From the NCBI GenBank assembly GCA_020427865.1, contig JAGQNX010000008.1, positions 1 to 36,070 of the forward strand: a stretch of DNA of 36,070 bases, read 5' to 3'. Both the position numbers and the translations under genes were made by a program. This stretch comes from a candidate division WWE3 bacterium (lineage in GTDB: Bacteria > Patescibacteriota > WWE3 > UBA101185 > UBA10185). The notes beneath the pieces are model-generated. The model was given only the letters and a program-made list of their open reading frames with translations. It was not told where the DNA came from and did not search any database. Shown here one piece after another: positions 18,003 through 26,261 of the stretch. The first letter of the stretch is position 1; the number at the start of each line of letters is the position of its first letter.

Positions 18003-19218
18003 CGAGCAATTACCTACAACTAAAGAAAAATTTATATTTGGTAGGCACAAAAGTTCAAGAAGCAAAAAGAGTAAAGTGCTTAATTTTATTGTTTTAGCTG
18101 TTGCTGTATTCATTCTTAGTGGATATGTATATACCAAGATGGTGTCGGTGTTTCAAAATAGTATAGATTTAAGAACTTTTTCTTCCGCAAATATAACTAG
18201 CTATCTTAAAGGTTTTTTGCGTCCAAAACCCATTACTAATTCCCTAGAAACTAGTCAAAAACTTGTAGAGGAGGAGTCTTCTGTTATTGATGTAGTAGAT
18301 AAAGTCTCACCTTCTGTTGTTTCTATTGTTGTAAAACGTGTTGGTTTTGATTTTTTTACAGGTCCTGTGGTTTCCGAAGACGGTATAGGTACCGGATTTA
18401 TTGTTGATTCTAGCGGCTTGATAGTTACAAATAGTCATGTTGTTAATGATTTGGGTAATGAGTATTCCGTTATTTTATCTAATGGGACGACATACGAAGT
18501 AACTGATATACATCTTGATGAACCTACTGATTTAGCTTTGATACAAGTAACCGCGACAAATTTACCTGTCGTTGAATTTGGTGATTCTGAAAAGGTAAAG
18601 GTTGGACAAACAGCTATTGCTATTGGTAACGCTTTGGGACAGTTTTCTAATACTGTGACTAGAGGTGTTGTGTCAGGTGTAGCCCGAGAACTAACAGCCT
18701 CTGGGGGTTTTGGTGATTTAAAGACATATGAAAGCGTACTTCAAACGGATGCTGCACTTAATCCTGGAAACTCTGGGGGTCCTTTATTAAATTCTGCCGG
18801 CCAGGTAATTGGGATCAATGTTGCTACAACGCGGGGTGCTGACAATATAGGTTTTGCGATTCCCGTAAACACTCTAAAACCTCTCTTAGAGACTTTTTTG
18901 ACCGAAGGTCGTATTGTGCGCCCTTTTATAGGTGTATCGTATTCTATAATTACTAAGGAACTTGCTACTGTTAGGGATTTACCCCGCGGAGTATTTGTGT
19001 CCCGTGTACTACCTGATTCCCCTGCAGATAAAGCTGGTATAAAAAGAGGGGATATATTAACTACATTTAATGGATTGCAGCTTGACGAATCTAACACTTT
19101 AAGCAAATTGGTACGTGACTCTAAAGTAGGTACTTCCGTTAAAATTGAACTTGTACGTGATAATAAAACCCAGTCTGTTAACGTGGTATTAGAAGAGACA
19201 CCTGATTTGTTTCAATAA
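17995..19218 (+). CDS. htrA: HtrA/DegP family serine protease with PDZ domain
   Basis: Catalytic triad contexts TNSHVV, DLALIQV and GNSGGPLLN, plus a C-terminal PDZ (SPADKAGIKRGDIL). The ATG at 17995 overlaps the stop of the upstream gene (ATGACTAA). The ORF-track start at 17962 is probably too long. Confidence 0.88.
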   Translation: MTNEQLPTTKEKFIFGRHKSSRSKKSKVLNFIVLAVAVFILSGYVYTKMVSVFQNSIDLRTFSSANITSYLKGFLRPKPITNSLETSQKLVEEESSVIDVVDKVSPSVVSIVVKRVGFDFFTGPVVSEDGIGTGFIVDSSGLIVTNSHVVNDLGNEYSVILSNGTTYEVTDIHLDEPTDLALIQVTATNLPVVEFGDSEKVKVGQTAIAIGNALGQFSNTVTRGVVSGVARELTASGGFGDLKTYESVLQTDAALNPGNSGGPLLNSAGQVIGINVATTRGADNIGFAIPVNTLKPLLETFLTEGRIVRPFIGVSYSIITKELATVRDLPRGVFVSRVLPDSPADKAGIKRGDILTTFNGLQLDESNTLSKLVRDSKVGTSVKIELVRDNKTQSVNVVLEETPDLFQ

Positions 19219-19221
19219 AGA

Positions 19222-20196
19222 TTAAGCAGATTCTTGTGCTATCAACTTGTCTTGTAGCTCTGTAAAGACTTTTTTAACATTTCCATCTAGGATGCTCTGC
19301 ATACCATACCAGCTTGTGTTTATTCTGTGATCTGTAATTCTATCTTGAGGGAAGTTGTATGTTCTTATTTTTTCGCTTCTATCTCCTGATCCTACTTGAT
19401 CTGCTCGCAGCTCTTCAATACTTTTTACCTGTTGTTCTTGCATCATTTGATAAATACGTGATTCTAACATAGACAATGCAAGTTCACGGTTTCGTAATTG
19501 TGTACGTTCTTGCTGACATTCCACTATTACGCCGGTAGGCTTGTGAATTAGTCTTACAGCTGTAGACACTTTGTTTACATTTTGACCACCACTGCCTCCC
19601 GATCTAAAAAATTCCCATTCTAAGTCTTCTGGTTTAATTTCTATGTTTATTTTTTTAAGTTTAGGTAGTATAGCCACTGATGCTGCTGATGTATGAATTC
19701 TTCCTCCTGATTCCGTTTTTGGAACTCTTTGTACACGATGAACTCCCGATTCATTTATAAAGTAGTGCAAGACACCTTTTCCCTTTACCTGTAAAGTTAT
19801 GCTTTTAATACCTCCCATATCCGATGGGGTATTGTTTAGTTCCACTGCTTTAAATCCCTCTAATTCTACAAACCTCATATACATCCTATATAGGTCATGT
19901 GCAAATAGCGCCGCTTCTGTACCTCCCGTGCCTGCTCTGATTTCCAATATCACTTCATTTTGGTCGTAATTTGCCAGTGCGGAATCCTCTTCTACCTCTT
20001 CGGATGAAGTGCCGTTTTCTATTTCTTTTATCGCGTTTTTGAGAGTATTAATGGCTTCCTGAAGACGTTGAGTATCCTCTGTAACCATCTTTTGCAGTTC
20101 AGCATCCTGTGATCCCGTTAAAAGGGATTTAGTTTCGTTTAATACGGATTCCAATTTATTTATCTCACTTTGTAGTGAGTTTATAGCTTCATGCAT
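19222..20196 (-). CDS. prfA: Peptide chain release factor 1 (short domain 1)
   Basis: GGQ motif ([12 protein letters not shown]). [17 protein letters not shown] carries P-K-T at the RF1 PxT tripeptide position, and no SPF motif is present. It lies downstream of rpmE. Confidence 0.85.
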   Translation of the reverse strand: MHEAINSLQSEINKLESVLNETKSLLTGSQDAELQKMVTEDTQRLQEAINTLKNAIKEIENGTSSEEVEEDSALANYDQNEVILEIRAGTGGTEAALFAHDLYRMYMRFVELEGFKAVELNNTPSDMGGIKSITLQVKGKGVLHYFINESGVHRVQRVPKTESGGRIHTSAASVAILPKLKKINIEIKPEDLEWEFFRSGGSGGQNVNKVSTAVRLIHKPTGVIVECQQERTQLRNRELALSMLESRIYQMMQEQQVKSIEELRADQVGSGDRSEKIRTYNFPQDRITDHRINTSWYGMQSILDGNVKKVFTELQDKLIAQESA

Positions 20197-20211
20197 ACGT
20201 ACTATAGGTAG

Positions 20212-20538
20212 CTACTTAGTTGTTTTAGCTTGTTCTAGAAGTTCTTTAAGAGTAGGTTGGGGGCCTGTTTGTGTAGTTTCGTTATCTTGCTGTGTTTCTT
20301 GTGATTTAGTCTTTTTATTTGCTAATTTTGATTGTTGTGCCATTTGGCGTTTTTTCTCAAATTTATCAATTCTACCCTCGGTGTCTATTAATTTTTGAGT
20401 TCCTGTATAAAAAGGGTGACATGCACTACATATATCGAGTGTAATTTTATCTTGTGTAGATGCTGTGACAAAAGTGTTACCACAAGCACATGTTACAACT
20501 ACATCTGTATTAATTTTTGGGTGTATACCTTGCTTCAT
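20212..20538 (-). CDS. rpmE: 50S ribosomal protein L31 (Cys-containing type) with C-terminal Q/T/K-rich extension
   Basis: MKQGIHPK.., CACGN .. [10 protein letters not shown]. The protein is 108 aa, versus about 70 aa for typical L31. Confidence 0.85.
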   Translation of the reverse strand: MKQGIHPKINTDVVVTCACGNTFVTASTQDKITLDICSACHPFYTGTQKLIDTEGRIDKFEKKRQMAQQSKLANKKTKSQETQQDNETTQTGPQPTLKELLEQAKTTK

Positions 20539-20554
20539 ACTTAACGTGAGTATA

Positions 20555-21610
20555 TTACCCTTTTTTTTCTGCTATTACAACCCCTGCTGCAATTAAAAAT
20601 GTTCCTAAAAGAGTAATACCTGTTGGAAGTTCTCCTAATAATACAAAAGAAAAGGGGAGTGTTAATACTGTTCCTAGATAAGAAAACATTCCAGTATCGC
20701 TAGCACTAGTCCTATCTAGTCCCCATTGAAACACTGTATATGCAATTATGGAAGAAATTAGTGCCATATATAAAAGACCCATTAACGGCACTATTGTAAT
20801 TTCTGCGATACTAAATGTAGTGGGGGTTGCACCAAAGTATCCTACCTTTTCTAAGACGGCAAAAGGTAAAAAAGTCCCTAATGCTATATAAAAAGAAAGT
20901 GCTGTATGTAAAAATGGGGTGTATTTGCCTTTAAGTGGCTTTATAGACACTTCTTTTAACGTACCTGTAAGTACAGGCGACTTTTCCCCCATAACCTCTT
21001 TAGAAAGGATTATGTAGCCTGCAAACGATACGTTATATATAAGCACTAGTATATTTCCTATAATGCGCCATGTTGTTGAGTAGGTTTGTGTGTTAATAAT
21101 TGCCTCTGCGTTATGTGAAATAGGTGCAAATATAGGTTCTAAAGCTACTATTAACGTTCCTATAAGAGCTAAAACCATGCCCTTTTTTAATTTTGGTGTT
21201 AACTTATCTTTATAAAAGTAGTGTCCCCCTGCTATTATAAAAAGTGGTGCAATTGCTCCTAAAATTGCAGCATCTATTGTGGTTGTGTATTTTATTCCTG
21301 CAAATATTAAAAGTATTCCCGATTGCCCTAATATCCCAAGCAATACTAAAGTAGGCAAGTCAGATTTTGGTACTTTTACTTTTTGTAATTCCTTAATAAC
21401 AAAAGGAAGCAATACCAAACCGACTATTAAAAATCGATAAAAAAGAAAAGTAAAAAGAGGAATATAATTGAGCGTTATTTTAATTACAACTGTAGCTAAT
21501 GCCCATATGAGAGTAGATAAAAACAGTGCCGAGTAGGCTAGTATAGATTGTCTTTTTTTACTTTGGTACTGAGTATTCTTTAACCTTTGTTTTGTATGAT
21601 TTTTGGACAT
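20555..21610 (-). CDS. EamA/DMT superfamily transporter
   Basis: About 10 predicted TM helices arranged as two repeated halves, with a basic N-terminus. Family assignment is by overall pattern only. Confidence 0.55.
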   Translation of the reverse strand: MSKNHTKQRLKNTQYQSKKRQSILAYSALFLSTLIWALATVVIKITLNYIPLFTFLFYRFLIVGLVLLPFVIKELQKVKVPKSDLPTLVLLGILGQSGILLIFAGIKYTTTIDAAILGAIAPLFIIAGGHYFYKDKLTPKLKKGMVLALIGTLIVALEPIFAPISHNAEAIINTQTYSTTWRIIGNILVLIYNVSFAGYIILSKEVMGEKSPVLTGTLKEVSIKPLKGKYTPFLHTALSFYIALGTFLPFAVLEKVGYFGATPTTFSIAEITIVPLMGLLYMALISSIIAYTVFQWGLDRTSASDTGMFSYLGTVLTLPFSFVLLGELPTGITLLGTFLIAAGVVIAEKKG

Positions 21611-21617
21611 TGAGTTT

Positions 21618-21623
21618 ATTGTA
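21618..21623 (-). promoter_or_regulatory. Candidate -10 box TACAAT 7 nt upstream of the EamA-family gene ATG (leaderless candidate)
   Basis: The minus strand reads TACAAT-aaactca-ATG, with the ATG at 21610-21608. Confidence 0.3.
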
Positions 21624-21660
21624 TCTGTTTTGTATAGCTTTGGGGAGTTAGATTTTTTAC

Positions 21661-21685
21661 AAAGCCCTATATGAAATAGGGCTTT
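21661..21685 (-). terminator. 10-bp hairpin downstream of hisS (possible weak terminator)
   Basis: AAAGCCCTAT / ATAGGGCTTT with a 5-nt loop. On the minus strand only UUU (part of the stem arm) follows and then an A-run, so this is not a canonical U-tract terminator. Confidence 0.35.
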
Positions 21686-21695
21686 GCATTAATCT

Positions 21696-22985
21696 TTAGA
21701 GCTGTACTTCCTCTTGAGTGCCAGTTTCCATGTTTTTTATTAACATAATGCCCTTATTCAATTCCTCTGGGCCTATGATTACAACTTTCTTAACCCCATT
21801 TTTATCTGCATACTTTAGTTGTTTGTCTAGTTTAGCGTTTGCATCTAACCAAGATTGGGCACTATATCCTTGAGATCTTAATTTGTCAGCAACTGCAAAG
21901 CTTGTTGTTATATATTTGGAATCCTGTTCTGGCCAAACAGTAACAAGATATTCACATGTTCCTTGCACCTTAGGAAGCAAATTCCAACCCTTTAAAAATT
22001 CTTTTAATGTCACATCTCCCATTGCATATCCTGTTGCTTCTAACTCTAAGCTATTGCCAAAAATACTAATAAGCTTGTCGAATCTTTCGCCTCCAAACAT
22101 AGATCTTTTGTTGGTTGGGTTTTTATCAAATACTTCGTATACTAATCCATCGCTGTAGTCGAAACCTCGTATTATAGAAGAGTCAAAGCTAGCATATTCT
22201 TCTAAGTTTGCGTTTTGGAGAAGTGTAAACAATTGCGTAATTGTTTGGTAACCTTTGTTATTTTGTACATCTTCTATTATATTTGGTAGCTCTTCAATTG
22301 TTGCATTCATGAAAGCTTCTATTTTTTGTGCTGCTACATTTACTATGCCTAAGTCGTCCAACATGTGTAGAAATTCTTCTTTGGAAAGTTTAGCTCTTTT
22401 ATCCATTGTCCTTCTTACTTTTGTTGCTGTTTCTTCTGATAGTCCTAGAGTGTCTATTAATAGTGCCGAAATAAGCCTTCTATCTGAGATTTTAATCTCG
22501 AACATATCTGAATTTGCTCCAAATTCACGCATTATATCTATGGCAATTTGTAGTGTTTCAAAATCACCTGTTACTTCGGGTACACCAAAAATGTTCACCT
22601 CGAGTTGATAAAATTCGCGGCCTCTTCCTAGCTGTGGTTTTTCATACCTCCAGTTGTTTCCAATCATAAACCAACGTACTGGGCGTACTAGTTCTTTGTA
22701 GTTTGCTGCGAGCATTCTTACAGTTCCCGGTGTAAGTTCTGGTCTCATTGCTAGTTTGCGTCCTCCTTGGTCCTCAAATGCGAACAACTGTTCGTTTACA
22801 ATTTCTGCACCCGATTTTGCTGCAAAAATTTCCCATGGTTCTAGAATGGGAAAACTATATTCTTGATACCCATATCTTTTGCATACCTTTTTCCATGTAT
22901 CATAGATGTAATTTTGAATTTGCATGTCTTCTGGGTAAAAGTCACGCGCACCTTTGTACGATTGTGTACTTAATGTGTTTTCCAT
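21696..22985 (-). CDS. hisS: Histidine--tRNA ligase
   Basis: KGARDFYPED.., LAMRPELTPGTVR, WRYEKPQLGRGREFYQL, IIRGFDYSDGLVYEV, and a C-terminal anticodon-binding domain. The start is set at the ATG at 22985 (MENTLSTQSYKGARDF). The 65 codons upstream in the ORF track lie inside a structured leader. Confidence 0.9.
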   Translation of the reverse strand: MENTLSTQSYKGARDFYPEDMQIQNYIYDTWKKVCKRYGYQEYSFPILEPWEIFAAKSGAEIVNEQLFAFEDQGGRKLAMRPELTPGTVRMLAANYKELVRPVRWFMIGNNWRYEKPQLGRGREFYQLEVNIFGVPEVTGDFETLQIAIDIMREFGANSDMFEIKISDRRLISALLIDTLGLSEETATKVRRTMDKRAKLSKEEFLHMLDDLGIVNVAAQKIEAFMNATIEELPNIIEDVQNNKGYQTITQLFTLLQNANLEEYASFDSSIIRGFDYSDGLVYEVFDKNPTNKRSMFGGERFDKLISIFGNSLELEATGYAMGDVTLKEFLKGWNLLPKVQGTCEYLVTVWPEQDSKYITTSFAVADKLRSQGYSAQSWLDANAKLDKQLKYADKNGVKKVVIIGPEELNKGIMLIKNMETGTQEEVQL

Positions 22986-23025
22986 TTTTTTCTTTCTTTT
23001 ACTATGTGTAGTAGGATTGTTAGCT

Positions 23026-23372
23026 AAAAAAAAGCTCCCACTTTCTACATACCCAATTAGTAAACTAACTGTATACGGTATGCAGAAAACGAGAGCTTTG
23101 TTTAAAACAAAAGACCCGCGGTCCCATTTCTGCTTCTGTAAAGTTATGAGCTTTACAGCACTTGTCCCCGACGTGATCAAAAGATAGTATCAGGTGTTAT
23201 ATTTTACGGTTTAACTTCCGTCTAAAATTATGCTAACTATAGCTTTTCTTTTAGCTGCGCATTTGTTAACAAATGAAAAAGCGTGTTGGGTAGGGGAGTG
23301 TTAGCGGCTTTCACCGTCCCGCCTAGCTATAAACACCCTAAAACCTACTTACTATTCTTTTCTTAACGCTTT
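23026..23372 (-). promoter_or_regulatory. T-box riboswitch leader of hisS (Stem I, Stem III, antiterminator with UGGGACC bulge, overlapping intrinsic terminator)
   Basis: Read on the minus strand. Distal module GGCGG-GACGGUGAAAG-CCGCU (23323-23303). Stem III CUGUAAAG/CUUUACAG (23158-23136). Antiterminator GCAGAAA[UGGGACC]GCGGG ... CUCGU-UUUCUGC (23133-23082). A roughly 21-bp terminator hairpin (23097-23077 pairing with 23053-23033) is followed by a U-run ending at 23026 and shares its 5' arm with the antiterminator 3' arm. A CAC triplet sits in the 3' internal loop of Stem I (23285-23283). Confidence 0.75.
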
Positions 23373-23398
23373 ATTTTATTAATTTTTCAAGCCTCCGT

Positions 23399-23427
23399 AT
23401 TTTAATTTGTAACCAAAAATCTGTCAA
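23399..23427 (-). promoter_or_regulatory. Sigma70-like promoter driving the hisS T-box leader
   Basis: The minus strand reads TTGACA (23427-23422), 17-nt spacer, TAAAAT (23404-23399). Confidence 0.6.
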
Positions 23428-23455
23428 TTTCGTGCAAACATGCTAGAGGAGTCTG

Positions 23456-23464
23456 TGCTACAAT
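23456..23464 (+). promoter_or_regulatory. Extended -10 promoter TGCTACAAT exactly 6 nt upstream of the MBL-hydrolase ATG (leaderless candidate)
   Basis: TG at 23456-23457, TACAAT at 23459-23464, spacer tcgcac, ATG at 23471. No SD sequence and no good -35 box. Confidence 0.5.
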
Positions 23465-23470
23465 TCGCAC

Positions 23471-24127
23471 ATGGAATTAACATATTTAGCACACTCATGT
23501 TTTAAGTTATCAACAAAAAATCTTAATATAATTATTGACCCCTATGAACCTACAGAAACGGGTTACAAGTTGCCTAAACAGGGTGCAGACGTAGTTTTGG
23601 TAACTCATGAACATTTTGATCACAATTATATTGAAGGTGTTTCTGACTATCGTTTACTAATCAATAGTCCTGGTGAATATGAGGTAGGTGGTGTGTTTGT
23701 TCAAGGATTTGCATCATTTCATGATGATGTACAAGGGGAACTTAGAGGTAAAAACACGATGTATTTAATAGATATAGAAGGTGTTAATGTATTACATCTA
23801 GGAGACTTGGGTCATTTGTTAGATAAGGAAACTGTAGAAAAGTTGCCTGATATAGATGTTTTATTAGTTCCAGTTGGTGGTACATATACGATTGATGCAA
23901 AATTAGCCTCTAAAGTTGTAGCTGATTTAGCTCCTACTGTAGTTGTACCTATGCATTATCAAACTCAATCTCCAACAAAGTTGAGTTCGGAACTTGCACC
24001 TTTATCTAAATTTTTAGAAGAGATGGGTGCAGAACAAGAGTATGAGCAACTAGATGTATTAAAAATGGCAAAGGCTAATGAGGTTTCGGAAGACACTAAG
24101 GTAGTTGTACTTACTCCCAAATATTAA
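23471..24127 (+). CDS. Metallo-beta-lactamase fold hydrolase (UPF0173-like)
   Basis: HxHxDH motif (THEHFDHN). N-terminus MELTYLAHSCFKL.. and ..PVGGTYTID.. are typical of small MBL-fold hydrolases. Confidence 0.75.
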   Translation: MELTYLAHSCFKLSTKNLNIIIDPYEPTETGYKLPKQGADVVLVTHEHFDHNYIEGVSDYRLLINSPGEYEVGGVFVQGFASFHDDVQGELRGKNTMYLIDIEGVNVLHLGDLGHLLDKETVEKLPDIDVLLVPVGGTYTIDAKLASKVVADLAPTVVVPMHYQTQSPTKLSSELAPLSKFLEEMGAEQEYEQLDVLKMAKANEVSEDTKVVVLTPKY

Positions 24128-24167
24128 TAGTTGAGTTATAATATAGTTGCCCCAAACCTAAGATACT

Positions 24168-25523
24168 ATGTCCGAAGATTATCAAGTCTCATCACATAAT
24201 AGAGGTAGTGATGCCCATTTACCTCCACACGATTTAAATTTAGAAAAGTCAGTGATTGGTGCTTTGTTAATTGATCCTGATGCACTGGTTAAGGTTGTTG
24301 AGTTTTTAAGACCTAATCACTTTTACCGAAAAGCTCATCAGTTAATATATGGTGTAATTGTTGAACTTTACGAAAAGCGTGAGGCTGCAGATTTAGTTAC
24401 AGTCCCTGCACTTTTAAGAAATAAAAAACAATTAGACGATGTAGGGGGTGTCACATATTTAACAGAGCTAGTAAATCTTGTACCCACCGCCGCAAATGTA
24501 GAAACTTATGCACGCATTATTCGAGAACATGCTGTACGCAGGTCATTAATAAATGCTGCAGGTAAAATAGGCACTTTAGCTTTTGAAGAAGAAGATTTAG
24601 ATGAGCTCATAGACAAATCAGAACAAATACTTTTTTCTGTCTCAGAAGATAAAATACATAGAGACTTTGTACATATAAGAGATACACTAGAAGTCACTTT
24701 TGAAAAATTAGATGAGCTTAGTAAACACAAAGGTAGTCTTCGGGGTGTTCCTACTGGGTTTCCTACACTAGATAAAATATTGTTTGGTTTACAAAAAGAG
24801 GCATTGATTATACTTGCTGCAAGGCCTGCGGTTGGTAAATCTTCTTTTGCTCTTAACATAAGCCAGTATGCTGCAACTGCTAAAGGAATGGGTGTTGCAT
24901 ACTTTTCTTTAGAAATGAGCCGTGAATCGTTAGCTGAGCGTATGATTTCTGCACAAGGGGATATAGATAACTGGCGTATTTCTACTGGTAATTTACGTCC
25001 CGAGGACTACGAAAATTATACAATGGCAATTGGTGAACTTGCGGACGCTGCTATTCACATAGACGATACCCCAGGGTTGTCAGTGTTAGAAATGCGTACA
25101 AAAGCTAGACGGTTAAAGATGGAACATAAGGTAGATTTGATAGTGGTGGACTATTTACAATTGATTAGAGGTCGAAATATAGAGAGTAGGGTGCAAATAG
25201 TTTCGGAAATATCGTTAGCTTTAAAAAACCTAGCAAGGGAACTTCAGGTTCCTGTTCTTGCACTATCCCAGCTTTCTCGTGCTGTTGAACAGCGTGGAGG
25301 AGACAAACGCCCTCAATTATCTGATCTAAGAGATTCGGGATCTATAGAGCAGGATGCTGATATTGTAATGTTTTTATCTCGACCTGATGAAGAAAATAGG
25401 GAGCATATAGAACTCACCATTGCAAAACATCGTGCAGGTTCTACAGGTATAATTGATTTACATTTTAAAGGTGATCGAACTCGTTTTTACGAAATGGCTC
25501 CTTCTCCTTCTACCGAAAATTAA
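24168..25523 (+). CDS. dnaB: Replicative DNA helicase DnaB
   Basis: N-terminal domain PPHDLNLEKSVIGALL, Walker A AARPAVGKSSFALN, Walker B IVVDYLQLI, and SQLSRAVEQR.. / DLRDSGSIEQDAD. Confidence 0.95.
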   Translation: MSEDYQVSSHNRGSDAHLPPHDLNLEKSVIGALLIDPDALVKVVEFLRPNHFYRKAHQLIYGVIVELYEKREAADLVTVPALLRNKKQLDDVGGVTYLTELVNLVPTAANVETYARIIREHAVRRSLINAAGKIGTLAFEEEDLDELIDKSEQILFSVSEDKIHRDFVHIRDTLEVTFEKLDELSKHKGSLRGVPTGFPTLDKILFGLQKEALIILAARPAVGKSSFALNISQYAATAKGMGVAYFSLEMSRESLAERMISAQGDIDNWRISTGNLRPEDYENYTMAIGELADAAIHIDDTPGLSVLEMRTKARRLKMEHKVDLIVVDYLQLIRGRNIESRVQIVSEISLALKNLARELQVPVLALSQLSRAVEQRGGDKRPQLSDLRDSGSIEQDADIVMFLSRPDEENREHIELTIAKHRAGSTGIIDLHFKGDRTRFYEMAPSPSTEN

Positions 25524-25551
25524 GCAGAAAGTTTGGTTTTAGCCTTTACTT

Positions 25552-25560
25552 TGGTACAAT
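25552..25560 (+). promoter_or_regulatory. Extended -10 promoter TGGTACAAT upstream of tRNA-Leu
   Basis: TG at 25552-25553 and TACAAT at 25555-25560. This predicts a leader of about 30 nt containing an imperfect hairpin (TACTCTAGC..GCTTAGAGTA) before the tRNA 5' end at 25597. Confidence 0.45.
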
Positions 25561-25596
25561 CTTGAGTACTCTAGCTTTAGATTTTGCTTAGAGTAT

Positions 25597-25684
25597 GCCA
25601 TGGTGGCGGAATTGGTAGACGCGTCGGTCTCAAAAACCGATGAGCATTACGCTCGTGAGGGTTCGATTCCCTCCTATGGCACCA
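25597..25684 (+). tRNA. tRNA-Leu (anticodon CAA), type II with long variable arm, CCA encoded
   Basis: Manual cloverleaf. Acceptor GCCATGG/CTATGGC, D arm GCG-GAATTGGTAGA-CGC, anticodon stem TCGGT/ACCGA with loop CTCAAAA, variable arm GAGC-ATTAC-GCTC, T arm GAGGG-TTCGATT-CCCTC, discriminator A followed by CCA. Confidence 0.9.
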
Positions 25685-25691
25685 AAATATT

Positions 25692-26249
25692 ATGTTATTA
25701 GCATCAGATTTAAAAACAGGAAAAATATATAAAGAAGACGGTGAACCTTATAAAGTAGAGAAGTATTCCCACTCAAAGGTTGCACGTAGTGGTGCGACTA
25801 TCAAAGTAAAATCTAGAAGTTTACTAACTGGTAGGTTGATTGAAAGATCTTACTCAAGCACCGATAAATTTGAGGAAGCTGATGTATACAATAAAAATAC
25901 ACAGTATCTCTATGTAGATGGTACTAATTATGTTTTTATGGACCCTGACACTTATGAGCAATTTACAATGTCTTTAGAAACACTAGGTGATCAAGCACCC
26001 TATCTTAAAGAAGGTGATGTATACCAGTTAACATATTTTGAAAATTCACCTGTTTCGGTTGAGTTACCCCTTTCTATGGAATTTGAAGTTACCTATACAG
26101 AGCCCGGACATAAGGGTAATACTGTAACCAATGTATACAAGGATGCTACTCTGGATAATGGTATGGAGACTAAGGTACCTCTTTTTATTAAAATAGGCGA
26201 TAGAGTTAAGATAGACACCCGAAGTGGTGAATATGTTTCTAAAGCTTAG
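25692..26249 (+). CDS. efp: Elongation factor P (Arg at the loop-tip position)
   Basis: DGEPYKVEKYSHSKVARSGATIKVKSRSLLTG aligns residue for residue with E. coli [32 protein letters not shown]. The three-domain length is 185 aa. Confidence 0.9.
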   Translation: MLLASDLKTGKIYKEDGEPYKVEKYSHSKVARSGATIKVKSRSLLTGRLIERSYSSTDKFEEADVYNKNTQYLYVDGTNYVFMDPDTYEQFTMSLETLGDQAPYLKEGDVYQLTYFENSPVSVELPLSMEFEVTYTEPGHKGNTVTNVYKDATLDNGMETKVPLFIKIGDRVKIDTRSGEYVSKA

Positions 26250-26261
26250 CTTATAAGCATT

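Noticed and set aside
22986-23180. N-terminal 65-codon extension of the hisS ORF in the six-frame track (MITSGTSAVK...KRKKK)
   Set aside because: The extension runs through the T-box antiterminator, terminator and U-run. The canonical HisRS N-terminus (MENTLSTQSYKGARDF) begins at the ATG at 22985, so the open frame upstream is coincidental.
22748-23187. Plus-strand ORFs 22748-23011 and 22954-23187
   Set aside because: They are antisense to the 5' end of hisS and its leader, have Cys/Phe/Leu-rich nonsense-like composition, and have no start-site signals.
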